Shown here in pieces: positions 35,708 through 43,908 of a stretch of DNA of 64,000 bases (position 1 is the stretch's first letter; each line of letters opens with the position of its first letter). Source of the DNA: an uncultured Pseudomonadales bacterium (GTDB taxonomy: Bacteria; Pseudomonadota; Gammaproteobacteria; Pseudomonadales; JBECKS01); the NCBI GenBank assembly GCA_964557005.1, contig CAZKYI010000003.1, positions 89,911 to 153,910 on the forward strand. The letters are read 5' to 3'. The notes under the pieces were generated by a model. It saw nothing but the letters and a program-made list of their open reading frames with translations. It was not told where the DNA came from and searched no databases. Position numbers and translations under genes: made by a program.

Positions 35708-37328
35708 TGTCTTGTTTTATGCGAAAAGTGTGCCAACCCGCCTTTTTCAGCGCAAAATCGCGGCCAAACAACAGGCGACTGCGCAACTTGCTGATGTCGG
35801 TCTGCTCGCTAATCAGCTCGTTGTACCAATGGCCATCGGCAGCATCGCCATACAACACCGCACCCTGCACGCGGTTGTCTTTCAGAATCAGACGTTTATA
35901 AATACCGCGCCGTGCATCTCGCACCACCAAATCTTCGCTGTTGTCATCACCGTGCAGGTTGCCAGCAGAAAACACATCAACACCACTGACTTTCAACTGC
36001 GTGGCCAGTTGCGTGCCGCGATACTGAATGCTGCCACGCTCGGCCAGTTGTGTGGCGCAGACAAAGGCCTGCCCCCACAAGGGTTCGACCAACCCGTAGG
36101 CAATGCCGCGATGCTGTACACATTCGCCAACTGCATAAATGCGTGGGTCAAAGGTCTGCAAAATATCGTTGACGACAATACCGCGCTCGCAGTGCAAACC
36201 TGCTGCCTGTGCCAGCGCGATGTTGGGACGAATGCCGACCGCCATGACTACCAGATCGGCAGCAATCTCGCGGCCATCTTGCAAACGCACTGCACTGACG
36301 CGCTGCTCGCCAATCAGCTTCTCGGTTTGTGCCAATAATTCAATGCGAATGCCACGCCCTTGCAGTTCGGTCATCAGCATGTGCGCTGCTTCGCTGTCGA
36401 GCTGCCGCTCCATCAGACGGTCGGCAAGATGGATAACCGTGACCTGCATACCACGCCGATTAAGCCCATGCGCTGCTTCCAGCCCCAGCAGGCCACCGCC
36501 AATCACCACCGCCTGTGTGTACTTGCCAGAGGCATTCATCATTGTGTTGATGTCGTCAATATCGCGGAAGGTAGTGACACCCTCCAGCTCGCGCCCTGGC
36601 AACGGCAACACGATGGGCTGCGAGCCAGTGGCGAGTACCAGACGGTCATACGCTGTGCTGTAGCCCGAACGCGCGGTTACGGTGTGGCGTTTTCGATCAA
36701 TGCTCACCACTTCGTCCCCCGCATGAAAACGAATGCCGCGTTCGGCATACCATGAATGCGGGTGCAGCATGATGTCTTCCAGCTTTTTCTCACCCGACAA
36801 CACGGGCGACAGCAAAATGCGATTGTAATTGCCGTGCGGTTCGGCACCGAAGACCTCGATGGTGTACAAATCGGGTGCCATTTCGAGCAGGTCTTCGAGC
36901 ATACGCATACCCGCCAGGCCATTACCAACCAGTACCAGTCGAGGCTTTTCGGTGCGGGTTTTCGGCGCACTGATCCAGCTTTTCAGCGGTTGATGGCCAA
37001 CCTGTATGCGGCCATCAACTACCTGCACCGGATAAGCGGGTACGGTCAATGCCGCATCTTCAACACAGCGCCCGGTGGTGAGACTGTAATGCTGTTTGTA
37101 AATCGGCGAAGCCACCACACGCTCGCCCTGCACATCACCGACAATGCCACGCGACAATACATTGGCCGAGCTTGCGGGATCAAAATTGCTGATGGCATAA
37201 ACACGGTTGTCCGCACGCAGGCGAAATACCGCAACCTGTTTGCCGTTGACCAGTGCGCAGACACCCGTATCAGGCACGATACTGTCCAGTGCGCAAATAT
37301 CAGTCCAATGGTTAGCGTTGTTACTCAT
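35667..37328 (-). CDS. Fusion protein: NirD-like Rieske-fold small subunit (about 105 aa) plus FAD/NAD(P)H pyridine-nucleotide-disulfide oxidoreductase domain (NasC/NasB-type electron-transfer flavoprotein)
   Basis: The N-terminus WTDICALDSIVPDTGVCALVNGKQVAVFRL...ASPIYKQHYSLTTGRC matches NirD. This is followed by LVLVGNGLAGMR (FAD GxGxxG), VVIGGGLLGLEAA (NAD) and YAVGECVQHRG. No Cys cluster follows. Confidence 0.75.
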   Translation of the reverse strand: MSNNANHWTDICALDSIVPDTGVCALVNGKQVAVFRLRADNRVYAISNFDPASSANVLSRGIVGDVQGERVVASPIYKQHYSLTTGRCVEDAALTVPAYPVQVVDGRIQVGHQPLKSWISAPKTRTEKPRLVLVGNGLAGMRMLEDLLEMAPDLYTIEVFGAEPHGNYNRILLSPVLSGEKKLEDIMLHPHSWYAERGIRFHAGDEVVSIDRKRHTVTARSGYSTAYDRLVLATGSQPIVLPLPGRELEGVTTFRDIDDINTMMNASGKYTQAVVIGGGLLGLEAAHGLNRRGMQVTVIHLADRLMERQLDSEAAHMLMTELQGRGIRIELLAQTEKLIGEQRVSAVRLQDGREIAADLVVMAVGIRPNIALAQAAGLHCERGIVVNDILQTFDPRIYAVGECVQHRGIAYGLVEPLWGQAFVCATQLAERGSIQYRGTQLATQLKVSGVDVFSAGNLHGDDNSEDLVVRDARRGIYKRLILKDNRVQGAVLYGDAADGHWYNELISEQTDISKLRSRLLFGRDFALKKAGWHTFRIKQDSMINGDHALNRNR

Positions 37329-37339
37329 GTGTTTTCTCC

Positions 37340-39796
37340 TTAGACCTGATCGCTATTAACGAAGGTACGGAAACGCTGGCGGATTTCCGGCCGCATGACC
37401 GCGTTTTTCCATTCATCTTCATAGGTGGCAATCACATGCGCCATTTCCGCTTCCAGTTCGGCAGCCAGCCCCAGAGAATCGTGAATAATCACGTCTTTCA
37501 GATAATCCAGCCCGCCTTCGAGGTTATCGCGCCAGACGCTGGTGCGTTGCAGGCGATCAGCAGTGCGGATGTAAAACATGAAAAAGCGGTCGATATAACG
37601 AATCAAATCCTCGGTGGATAAATCACCCGCCAGCAATTCCGCATGGCGCGGCTTCATGCCGCCATTGCCGCACACGTACAGGTTCCAACCTTTTTCGGTG
37701 GCAATCACACCAACGTCCTTGCCCTGCGCTTCGGCACATTCACGCGTGCAACCCGATACCGCCATTTTTAATTTGTGTGGCGAACGCAGACCCTTGTAGC
37801 GATTTTCCAGATCAATGGCGAGGCCGAGCGAATCATTCACACCATAGCGGCACCAGGTACTGCCGACGCACGATTTCACCGTGCGCAACGATTTGCCATA
37901 GGCGTGACCGGATTCAAAACCGGCAGCAATCAGTTCCTCCCAAATCAATGGCAGTTGGTGTACCTGTGCGCCAAACAAATCAATGCGCTGACCACCTGTA
38001 ATCTTGGTGTACAGGCCATATTTTTTGGCAATACTGCCAATTTCGATTAGCCCGTCGGCGGTGATTTCGCCGCCAGCCACCCGTGGCACGATGGAATAAC
38101 TGCCATCTTTCTGAATATTGCCCATGAAATAATCATTGCTGTCCTGCAAGCCCGCATGTTCGGGTTCCAGAATAAAGGCGTTCCAGCACGAGGCCAGAAC
38201 GCTGGCGGCTACGGGTTTGCAAATATCGCAGCCCAGCCCCTTGCCATGTTTGTGCAGCAGCTCGGTAAAGGTTTGAATGCGGCCAACGCGCACCAGATGG
38301 TAGATTTCCTGCCGCGAATACGGGAAGTGCTCGCACAGATGGTTGTTGACGGTCACGCCTTGTCGTTTTAACTCAGCCTTTAATATCTGTGATACCAGCG
38401 GTGTGCAGCCGCCGCAAGAGCTGGCGGCCTTGGTGCATTTTTTGAGGCTGCCGAGCGAGGTATTACCAGCGCTAATAGCCGCGCACAAATCCGCCTTGGA
38501 CACATTGTTACAGGAACAAATCACCGCTGTTTCCGGCAGTAAGTCGATGCCACTGCCTGCACGCACCGCCTGACCGTTCGATGGCAAAATCAGGCTTTCG
38601 GGATGCTCAGGTAAATCCATGCCGTTGAGCATGGTTTGCAGCAGGTCGCCGTACTCGGCAGCATCTCCCACCAGCACAGCACCGAGTAATTTCTTTTTGT
38701 CGCCACTGACCACCAGCTTTTTATAAATTTCGCGGCTTTCATCGGTAAACTGATAATTCAGGCAGCCTGCACTGCTGCTCTGTGCGTCGCCGATAGAGGC
38801 GACATCGACACCCATCAGTTTCAGTTTGGTGCTCATGTCCGCACCCTGAAAACTTTTATCGGTAGCCCCCTGTAAATGGGCGGCGGCAACACGTGCCATG
38901 TCGTAGCCGGGTGCCACCAATCCGAAAATGCGGTTATTCCACAGGGCGCATTCACCGATTGCATAAATATCAGGATCGGAGGTTTGGCAATAATCATTGA
39001 TCACGATGCCGCCGCGTTCGCCAACTGCCAGTTGTGCCTGCCGTGCCAGTTCGTCACGCGGGCGGATACCCGCAGAGAAGACAATCACATCGGTTTCCAG
39101 AAACGAACCATCAGCAAAATTCATTCGGTGTGTGTGGCTGTCACCGTCGATAATTTCGGTGGTGGATTTTTGAGTGTGTACGCCCACCCCCAGTTGCTCG
39201 ATTTTTTTGCGCAATACCCGTCCACCGCCATCATCAATCTGCACGGCCATCAGGCGCGGGGCAAATTCCACCACATGGGTTTGCAGCCCTAAATCTTTGA
39301 GCGCCTTGGCTGCTTCCAGCCCCAGCAGGCCACCACCGATAACCACACCATTAGTCGCCTGTTGGCTGGCGGCCTGAATGGCATCCAAATCCTCAATGGT
39401 GCGGTAAACAAAACAATTTTCCCTGTCCTTGCCAGGCAGGGGCGGTACAAACGGATAGGAGCCAGTCGCCAGTATCAGCTTGTCATATTCCAGCAGCTCA
39501 CCGTTGGCGGTGGTCACGGTTTTTTGCTGGCGGTCAATCCCGATGGCGCGTGTTTGCAGATGCAGGGCAATACCGTAGGCATCGGCAAAATCATGGCGTG
39601 CGAGCAATAAATCGTCAGCGCTTTTACCTGAAAAATAACTGGTCAGATGTACGCGGTCATAGGCTGGACGCGGTTCTTCGGCCAGCAGGGTAATGTCCAT
39701 ATCAGGCGCATCGACGAGACTTTCCAGCAGTTTGTGGCCAACCATGCCGTGGCCGATGATGATGATTTTTGTAATGGACGTGATGTTGTTTGACAT
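37340..39796 (-). CDS. nirB: NAD(P)H-dependent assimilatory nitrite reductase large subunit
   Basis: IIIGHGMVGH and VIGGGLLGLEAA dinucleotide motifs, a BFD-like CSCN...C cluster, and siroheme/4Fe-4S motifs (SCVGSTWCRYG, AVSGCTRECAEA). The track start at 39811 is TTG; the ATG at 39796 has a GGGAG ribosome-binding site 5 nt upstream. Confidence 0.9.
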   Translation of the reverse strand: MSNNITSITKIIIIGHGMVGHKLLESLVDAPDMDITLLAEEPRPAYDRVHLTSYFSGKSADDLLLARHDFADAYGIALHLQTRAIGIDRQQKTVTTANGELLEYDKLILATGSYPFVPPLPGKDRENCFVYRTIEDLDAIQAASQQATNGVVIGGGLLGLEAAKALKDLGLQTHVVEFAPRLMAVQIDDGGGRVLRKKIEQLGVGVHTQKSTTEIIDGDSHTHRMNFADGSFLETDVIVFSAGIRPRDELARQAQLAVGERGGIVINDYCQTSDPDIYAIGECALWNNRIFGLVAPGYDMARVAAAHLQGATDKSFQGADMSTKLKLMGVDVASIGDAQSSSAGCLNYQFTDESREIYKKLVVSGDKKKLLGAVLVGDAAEYGDLLQTMLNGMDLPEHPESLILPSNGQAVRAGSGIDLLPETAVICSCNNVSKADLCAAISAGNTSLGSLKKCTKAASSCGGCTPLVSQILKAELKRQGVTVNNHLCEHFPYSRQEIYHLVRVGRIQTFTELLHKHGKGLGCDICKPVAASVLASCWNAFILEPEHAGLQDSNDYFMGNIQKDGSYSIVPRVAGGEITADGLIEIGSIAKKYGLYTKITGGQRIDLFGAQVHQLPLIWEELIAAGFESGHAYGKSLRTVKSCVGSTWCRYGVNDSLGLAIDLENRYKGLRSPHKLKMAVSGCTRECAEAQGKDVGVIATEKGWNLYVCGNGGMKPRHAELLAGDLSTEDLIRYIDRFFMFYIRTADRLQRTSVWRDNLEGGLDYLKDVIIHDSLGLAAELEAEMAHVIATYEDEWKNAVMRPEIRQRFRTFVNSDQV

Positions 39797-39854
39797 AATG
39801 GCTCCCGACAAAGCTCTAACTGATTGTCAGTCCTCGACTGAAAATCACCTGAAA

Positions 39855-39906
39855 GCACGGGCACCATTGACCGCAAATTAAGGGCATGCTCATCGTCAAA
39901 CATGCC
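39855..39906 (-). promoter_or_regulatory. nirB leader: two tandem hexaloop hairpins (GGCAUGUUU-GACGAU-GAGCAUGCC and the imperfect GCGGUC-AAUGGU-GCCCGUGC)
   Basis: Read on the minus strand downstream of the sigma54 promoter. The second loop and its 3-prime flank (AAUGGUGCCC) match the FNT attenuator core (AAUGGCGCCC) at 9 of 10 positions. I could not find a canonical terminator after it. Confidence 0.35.
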
Positions 39907-39919
39907 TGACAGAGTATTA

Positions 39920-39934
39920 GCAAACGGCGTGCCA
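39920..39934 (-). promoter_or_regulatory. Sigma54 (-24/-12) promoter of the nirB operon: TGGCACGCCGTTTGC
   Basis: Exact match to the TGGCAC-N5-TTGC consensus, about 125 nt upstream of the nirB ATG. Confidence 0.75.
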
Positions 39935-40111
39935 GAATTCTTCCACCATATTGGCGGAACAGTGAACCACAGACACCACACCATGCACCGAATTAAAGCA
40001 ACACAGCCCCAAGCTGGCGCATAACATCGCACCCTAACCCTGCCGACTGGCACTTTTTACTTTCCTTATATTTACATCCGCGTTTATGGAAATTCGCCCA
40101 TTTGATGAAAC

Positions 40112-40126
40112 TGGCACGAAAATCGC
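40112..40126 (+). promoter_or_regulatory. Sigma54-type promoter of the porin gene: TGGCACGAAAATCGC
   Basis: TGGCACG at -24 and TCGC at -12, one mismatch from TTGC. It is divergent from the nirB promoter, about 100 nt upstream of the porin ATG. Confidence 0.55.
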
Positions 40127-40155
40127 TTAAGAATAACCAAACTGACGATTTTTTA

Positions 40156-40169
40156 GAGCAATGGCGCTC
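40156..40169 (+). promoter_or_regulatory. Hexaloop hairpin GAGC-AAUGGC-GCUC in the porin leader (ANTAR P2-like antiterminator element)
   Basis: Its 3-prime arm (40166-40169) lies within the 5-prime arm of the terminator at 40165-40202, so the two structures are mutually exclusive. Confidence 0.55.
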
Positions 40170-40202
40170 ACCGGCACTGACCCGCTGGTGGGCGTTTTTT
40201 TT
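40165..40202 (+). terminator. Intrinsic terminator in the porin 5-prime leader (11-bp stem CGCUCACCGGC/GCUGGUGGGCG, 8-nt loop, U8)
   Basis: Base pairs were checked one by one (9 Watson-Crick, 2 G-U). The U8 tract ends 23 nt before the ATG, so it is an attenuator rather than an end-of-operon terminator. Confidence 0.75.
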
Positions 40203-40225
40203 GGCCAGAAAAAAAGAGGTGAACC

Positions 40226-41287
40226 ATGTCAATCAATTATCAGCAATACCTGAAAACATCAGTAATACAAGGACTAACCACGCGACACTGGCGACTCGCC
40301 CTGCTACTGGCCGGACTGGCAGGCAGCGTGCCGGCAATGGCGCTGGATTATGACCTGTACGGCCAGATGCATATTTCCGTCGATTATCTTGATGCCAAAG
40401 ATACTGTCGGCAGCGCCGCAGGAAATGTGTCGAGCAACAGCAGCATACTGGGCTTTCGTGGCAAACAAGCGATTGATGAACAACTCAGCGTTGGCTGGCA
40501 ACTGGAAAGCACCGTAGACGTTGTGAATACCGGCTGGGTAATGGATCGCGATTCCTTCCTTTCCCTGACTGGCAACTGGGGAACCTTGCGTTCAGGGCAA
40601 TTTGATACGCCCATGAAAATACTGCGCAACCGCACCGATTTTTTTAGCAATCAACTCGGTGATGCGCGCAATATCGTGCATACGGCACACCTTCCTCTGG
40701 ATAGACGGCTAAAAAACAGTGTCGCTTACCAGACACCCGTGATGGGGGGTGGTTTTATCGGCAATATCCAATACTCTGCCAATACTGCGGCTGGCGGCTC
40801 GCAGGACACAGACAATGCAGCGCTGAGTGCATCGCTGGAATACAAAGCGGACAGTTTCTGGCTCGCCATTGCCCATGACGATACACGCAAAAATACCGGT
40901 GACCAGAACGCCACCCGTGTTGCCGCGTACTATGACTGGCCGCGTGTGCGTGTGAGTGTGTTATATCAGGATATGGAAGATGCTGTGCTGGACAGCAGCG
41001 CCTTCGGTGGTGGCGTGCGTGCCAAGCTGACCAACAAAGTCGCATTGAAAGGACAGTATTACCAATATGAGGCCGATGATGCAGCGGATTCCGGCGCTCA
41101 CTTAATTGCAGCGGGTACGGACTACAATTACAGCAGCAACCTGCGCTTTTACCTGAACTATGCCGTGCTCAAAAATGACAACACCCAACTGACACCCTTC
41201 AGTGTGGCACGCAGTTCAAAACCTGACACCGTGTTGGGTGATCAGAATCCTTCTGGCATATCAGTGGGCACCATTTTCAGTTTTTAG
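40226..41287 (+). CDS. Outer-membrane general porin family protein (OmpC/Porin_4-like)
   Basis: Signal peptide ending AMA, LYGQMHISVDYLD near the N-terminus, alternating beta-strand pattern, and the C-terminal ...GISVGTIFSF with terminal Phe. Confidence 0.75.
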   Translation: MSINYQQYLKTSVIQGLTTRHWRLALLLAGLAGSVPAMALDYDLYGQMHISVDYLDAKDTVGSAAGNVSSNSSILGFRGKQAIDEQLSVGWQLESTVDVVNTGWVMDRDSFLSLTGNWGTLRSGQFDTPMKILRNRTDFFSNQLGDARNIVHTAHLPLDRRLKNSVAYQTPVMGGGFIGNIQYSANTAAGGSQDTDNAALSASLEYKADSFWLAIAHDDTRKNTGDQNATRVAAYYDWPRVRVSVLYQDMEDAVLDSSAFGGGVRAKLTNKVALKGQYYQYEADDAADSGAHLIAAGTDYNYSSNLRFYLNYAVLKNDNTQLTPFSVARSSKPDTVLGDQNPSGISVGTIFSF

Positions 41288-41926
41288 GGGTGATTGTTCC
41301 TGCCATGCTTTGTAAAAATCCGCATAACCCGCATCACTCACCAGATGCAAGGGCAGCTTGAAAGCGGCGAAGGTTGTAGGCAAAGATTCATCTTCCCGCG
41401 CCATATCCAGATCAAGGTCGTCTGGTGCAAGTAACCATGCGTCCTTGGCTCTGGCATCGTGCGCACGATGCAGCATATCAGCCAAAGCACTGGCAGGCCG
41501 CAGGCGAGCAGCACGGCCTGAAATGTGTTCTTCCAGCATAACCTTGCGCCACCATGAGGGCGGGCGCAGTAACAGGGTGTAAAAATCAATCGCATAAATT
41601 TTGCTGCCCGATGGAATAACAACTTCGGGCTTGGCCATGATTTGTGTTGTCCAGCCAGCCGCTCGCAGAATATCTGTTCCAGCCAAGGTTGCCGCCGGGT
41701 AGCAGCGCAGTAACGCAGCTTCACGATCGCCACGCGGATTGACCACCAAATTGAGATACACATCCGAATGACCACCCAAAGGCAAAATATGCCCTGCCTT
41801 GCGCCAGTTGGATAAATAAGTCGAAGCAATTTGAGATGTCCAGCCGCAAAGTTGCATCACATCTGCGCCAGTAAAAACGTGTGGAATTTCCCTGAGTCTC
41901 GCAATGGCAGAAACATAAGCAGACAT
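41261..41926 (-). CDS. AbiEi-like antitoxin/transcriptional regulator (wHTH N-terminus)
   Basis: The N-terminal pattern IARLREIPHVFTGADVMQL...LSNWRKAGHILPLGGHSDVYL resembles AbiEi wHTH domains. Its start codon lies 2 nt after the AbiEii stop. Confidence 0.55.
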   Translation of the reverse strand: MSAYVSAIARLREIPHVFTGADVMQLCGWTSQIASTYLSNWRKAGHILPLGGHSDVYLNLVVNPRGDREAALLRCYPAATLAGTDILRAAGWTTQIMAKPEVVIPSGSKIYAIDFYTLLLRPPSWWRKVMLEEHISGRAARLRPASALADMLHRAHDARAKDAWLLAPDDLDLDMAREDESLPTTFAAFKLPLHLVSDAGYADFYKAWQEQSPLKTENGAH

Positions 41927-41928
41927 GC

Positions 41929-42786
41929 TTAAGTTTCCCCGAAAGTTTGCAAGTGCGCCTGCATGGTTTGCATTCCCCAGATCAGCAAATCTGTGGATAC
42001 GACAAGCATTTTTTGGGTAGATTCCATATTTCCCCGCGCAAAGCTCGGCAACCAGCGCGCCAAATCTGCCGTCACCGTTTCAGTGGTAGCAGGGTGTTTC
42101 AATTCCTGCAATCGTGTGTTGGCCTTTTCCAGCCAGGCGGCGGCGGTTTCGCGTTCGCCACCCAAAGCCTGCGGGTAGATGCTGAGTCTGCGTAAAAAAA
42201 TGCCCTCATCCAGCGCAAATTTGGCGTGATGGTTTAGCCACCATAAATCATGAATGTCGCGCGGTTTGAGCCGTTCACGTGCGCCCAAGGCATACACCTT
42301 ATCGGCCACAATTTCAGGAATGGTCAAAGACGGCACCACCGCCATAACCCCATTCATGTTCACTGGCTGTACCACCAAATTCAGCGTATTCATCGCCTCT
42401 GGTGCGGTGTCCCAAAGCTCCACTTTGACCTTGACTGAGCCAATGACATTTTTGCCGCCCAGCGTGACGTAAAAGGTACGCGGATTTTTTTCATCCTTGA
42501 GAACAGACACCGTGGGCGTTAAATCCCGCGCCATAAACGAAGGCAGTACCAGTCGCTCCTGAACCGCCTTGGCAAAACCCTTGAGCGACAAGCCGCCACG
42601 AATCAGAAAATCCAAATCCTCGCTAAAGCGAGGCGAGCCATACACCAGATGCAAACAAGTCCCACCTTGAAAGGCAATATCACCCAACGCCCAGCGCCGT
42701 GAGTTCACCAGAGCAGCCAGCGTTGCGGCTTGTAGTTCCTCACGCAGAGCCTGAGCTTCTTCGGAATTAAGCAAGCGTTTTGACAT
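41929..42786 (-). CDS. Nucleotidyltransferase AbiEii/AbiGii toxin family protein (DUF1814)
   Basis: The motif FQGGTCLHLVYGSPRFSEDLDF and a downstream KxxA...RDIHDLWWL are typical of AbiEii. Confidence 0.75.
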   Translation of the reverse strand: MSKRLLNSEEAQALREELQAATLAALVNSRRWALGDIAFQGGTCLHLVYGSPRFSEDLDFLIRGGLSLKGFAKAVQERLVLPSFMARDLTPTVSVLKDEKNPRTFYVTLGGKNVIGSVKVKVELWDTAPEAMNTLNLVVQPVNMNGVMAVVPSLTIPEIVADKVYALGARERLKPRDIHDLWWLNHHAKFALDEGIFLRRLSIYPQALGGERETAAAWLEKANTRLQELKHPATTETVTADLARWLPSFARGNMESTQKMLVVSTDLLIWGMQTMQAHLQTFGET

Positions 42787-42913
42787 AAAATACCCAATAT
42801 TTATTTGCGATATTTTATATAAACAATAGATATTTTCAAGTAAAGAGAGCGTTAAGCCGCTTCAATACTTTCAATTAGACGAAGTTTTATTTTCATTTGG
42901 CCGAGGCAGAATT

Positions 42914-43375
42914 TTATTCAGCCGGATAATAACGACTAATAGTATCCACCACACACGCCGGTTTATCACTGCCTTCAATTTCAACGGTCACGCGAATCAC
43001 TGCCTGAAAACCGCCCTTTACTTCGTCCGCACTGATTAACTCGCCACTGCCACGGACTTTGGAGCCAACGGGAACGGGCGCAGGAAAACGCACTTTTTCG
43101 CAGCCGTAATTCACGCCCATACTAATATTTTGTACTTCGACAATTTGCGGCAGAAACAGATTCACCAGCGACAAACTCAAATAGCCGTGTGCGATACACG
43201 CCCCAAAAGGCCCGTCTTTTGCTTTAACGGGGTCAACATGTATCCACTGGTGATCACCTGTGGCATCAGCAAATAAGTTGATGCGTTCTTGTGTTATCTC
43301 AAGCCACTCACTTTCACCCAGTTGCTTGCCCACATTGTTCAATAATTCATTCGGGTGTTTAAAAATTGTTGTCAT
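42914..43375 (-). CDS. MaoC-like (R)-specific enoyl-CoA hydratase/dehydratase
   Basis: Hot-dog fold with a hydratase-2-like motif FADATGDHQWIHVDPVKA. 153 aa. Confidence 0.75.
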   Translation of the reverse strand: MTTIFKHPNELLNNVGKQLGESEWLEITQERINLFADATGDHQWIHVDPVKAKDGPFGACIAHGYLSLSLVNLFLPQIVEVQNISMGVNYGCEKVRFPAPVPVGSKVRGSGELISADEVKGGFQAVIRVTVEIEGSDKPACVVDTISRYYPAE

Positions 43376-43415
43376 GGTTTTCCTGCGTAATTTTTTTCTA
43401 CTTAAAACAAGTTTT

Positions 43416-43461
43416 GAGATTTTTCGACTGCGTTGACTTCGTCAACTCCGCTCAAAATGAC
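43416..43461 (-). repeat. Second copy of the REP/MITE-like element seen at 26352-26395
   Basis: The reverse complement reads GTCATTTTGAGCGGAGTTGACGAAGTCAACGCAGTCGAAAAATCTC. It lies in the intergenic gap between ksi and maoC. Confidence 0.65.
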
Positions 43462-43478
43462 AGAAGTGAGATTCAGGC

Positions 43479-43835
43479 TTATTGTTTGATATTTTCAGCA
43501 CCCCAATACGCCTTCATCGAAACCACTTTACCTGCATCATTAAATTCAAACACATCAATCGGTTGAATGGTCATTGCGCCAACACTCACCGTAAAAGAAA
43601 ACGCAACGGCATTACCTGCGCAGCGCGGTGTTTCATTCAGGCTCAATTTTGCACCCATATCAAATGCACCTTGATAAAACTGCACAATCGCATCAATGCC
43701 GCGTTTAGGCTCAGTGCCCACAGGGTCTTCAACGGTGGCATTGTCGGCAAAAAGTGCCTTGATCAGGCTGATGTCCTGCTTGTCGAACGCTTCGATATAT
43801 CGATTGACCGCTGCGAGTTTATCGGCTGTTTCCAT
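43479..43835 (-). CDS. ksi: 3-ketosteroid delta5-delta4 isomerase
   Basis: Close resemblance to Pseudomonas putida and Comamonas testosteroni KSI: ALFADNATVEDPVGTEP and IDVFEFNDAGKVVSMKAYWG. The catalytic-triad equivalents are Tyr13, Asp37 and the Asp in FNDAG. Confidence 0.85.
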   Translation of the reverse strand: METADKLAAVNRYIEAFDKQDISLIKALFADNATVEDPVGTEPKRGIDAIVQFYQGAFDMGAKLSLNETPRCAGNAVAFSFTVSVGAMTIQPIDVFEFNDAGKVVSMKAYWGAENIKQ

Positions 43836-43908
43836 GTGTGTTCCCCTGCTGTGTGAATGACCCGAAAAGTATAAACAAGGCTTGTATACAAACCCTCACC
43901 TGATTGGC

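Noticed and set aside
34801-37343. Long plus-strand ORFs (34801-35418, 35604-36338, 36139-36663, 36360-36755, 36756-37343) lying opposite the FNT and nirD-fusion genes
   Set aside because: Their products are low-complexity, Arg/His/Gln/Cys-rich and lack motifs. The minus-strand frames carry unmistakable FNT, NirD and flavoprotein motifs. These are typical antisense shadow ORFs.
40141-40181. ACTGAC hexamer occurring twice in the porin leader and once in the nirB leader (GGACTGACAA)
   Set aside because: The flanking bases do not form hairpins around it except as part of the terminator loop. A 6-mer recurrence in about 250 nt is within chance.
39643-40232. ORFs 39643-40053 and 39993-40232 (minus strand) in the nirB-porin intergenic region
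   Set aside because: They span the sigma54 promoters and leaders, have Cys/Trp/Arg-rich compositions, and lack ribosome-binding sites. The region is better explained as regulatory DNA.
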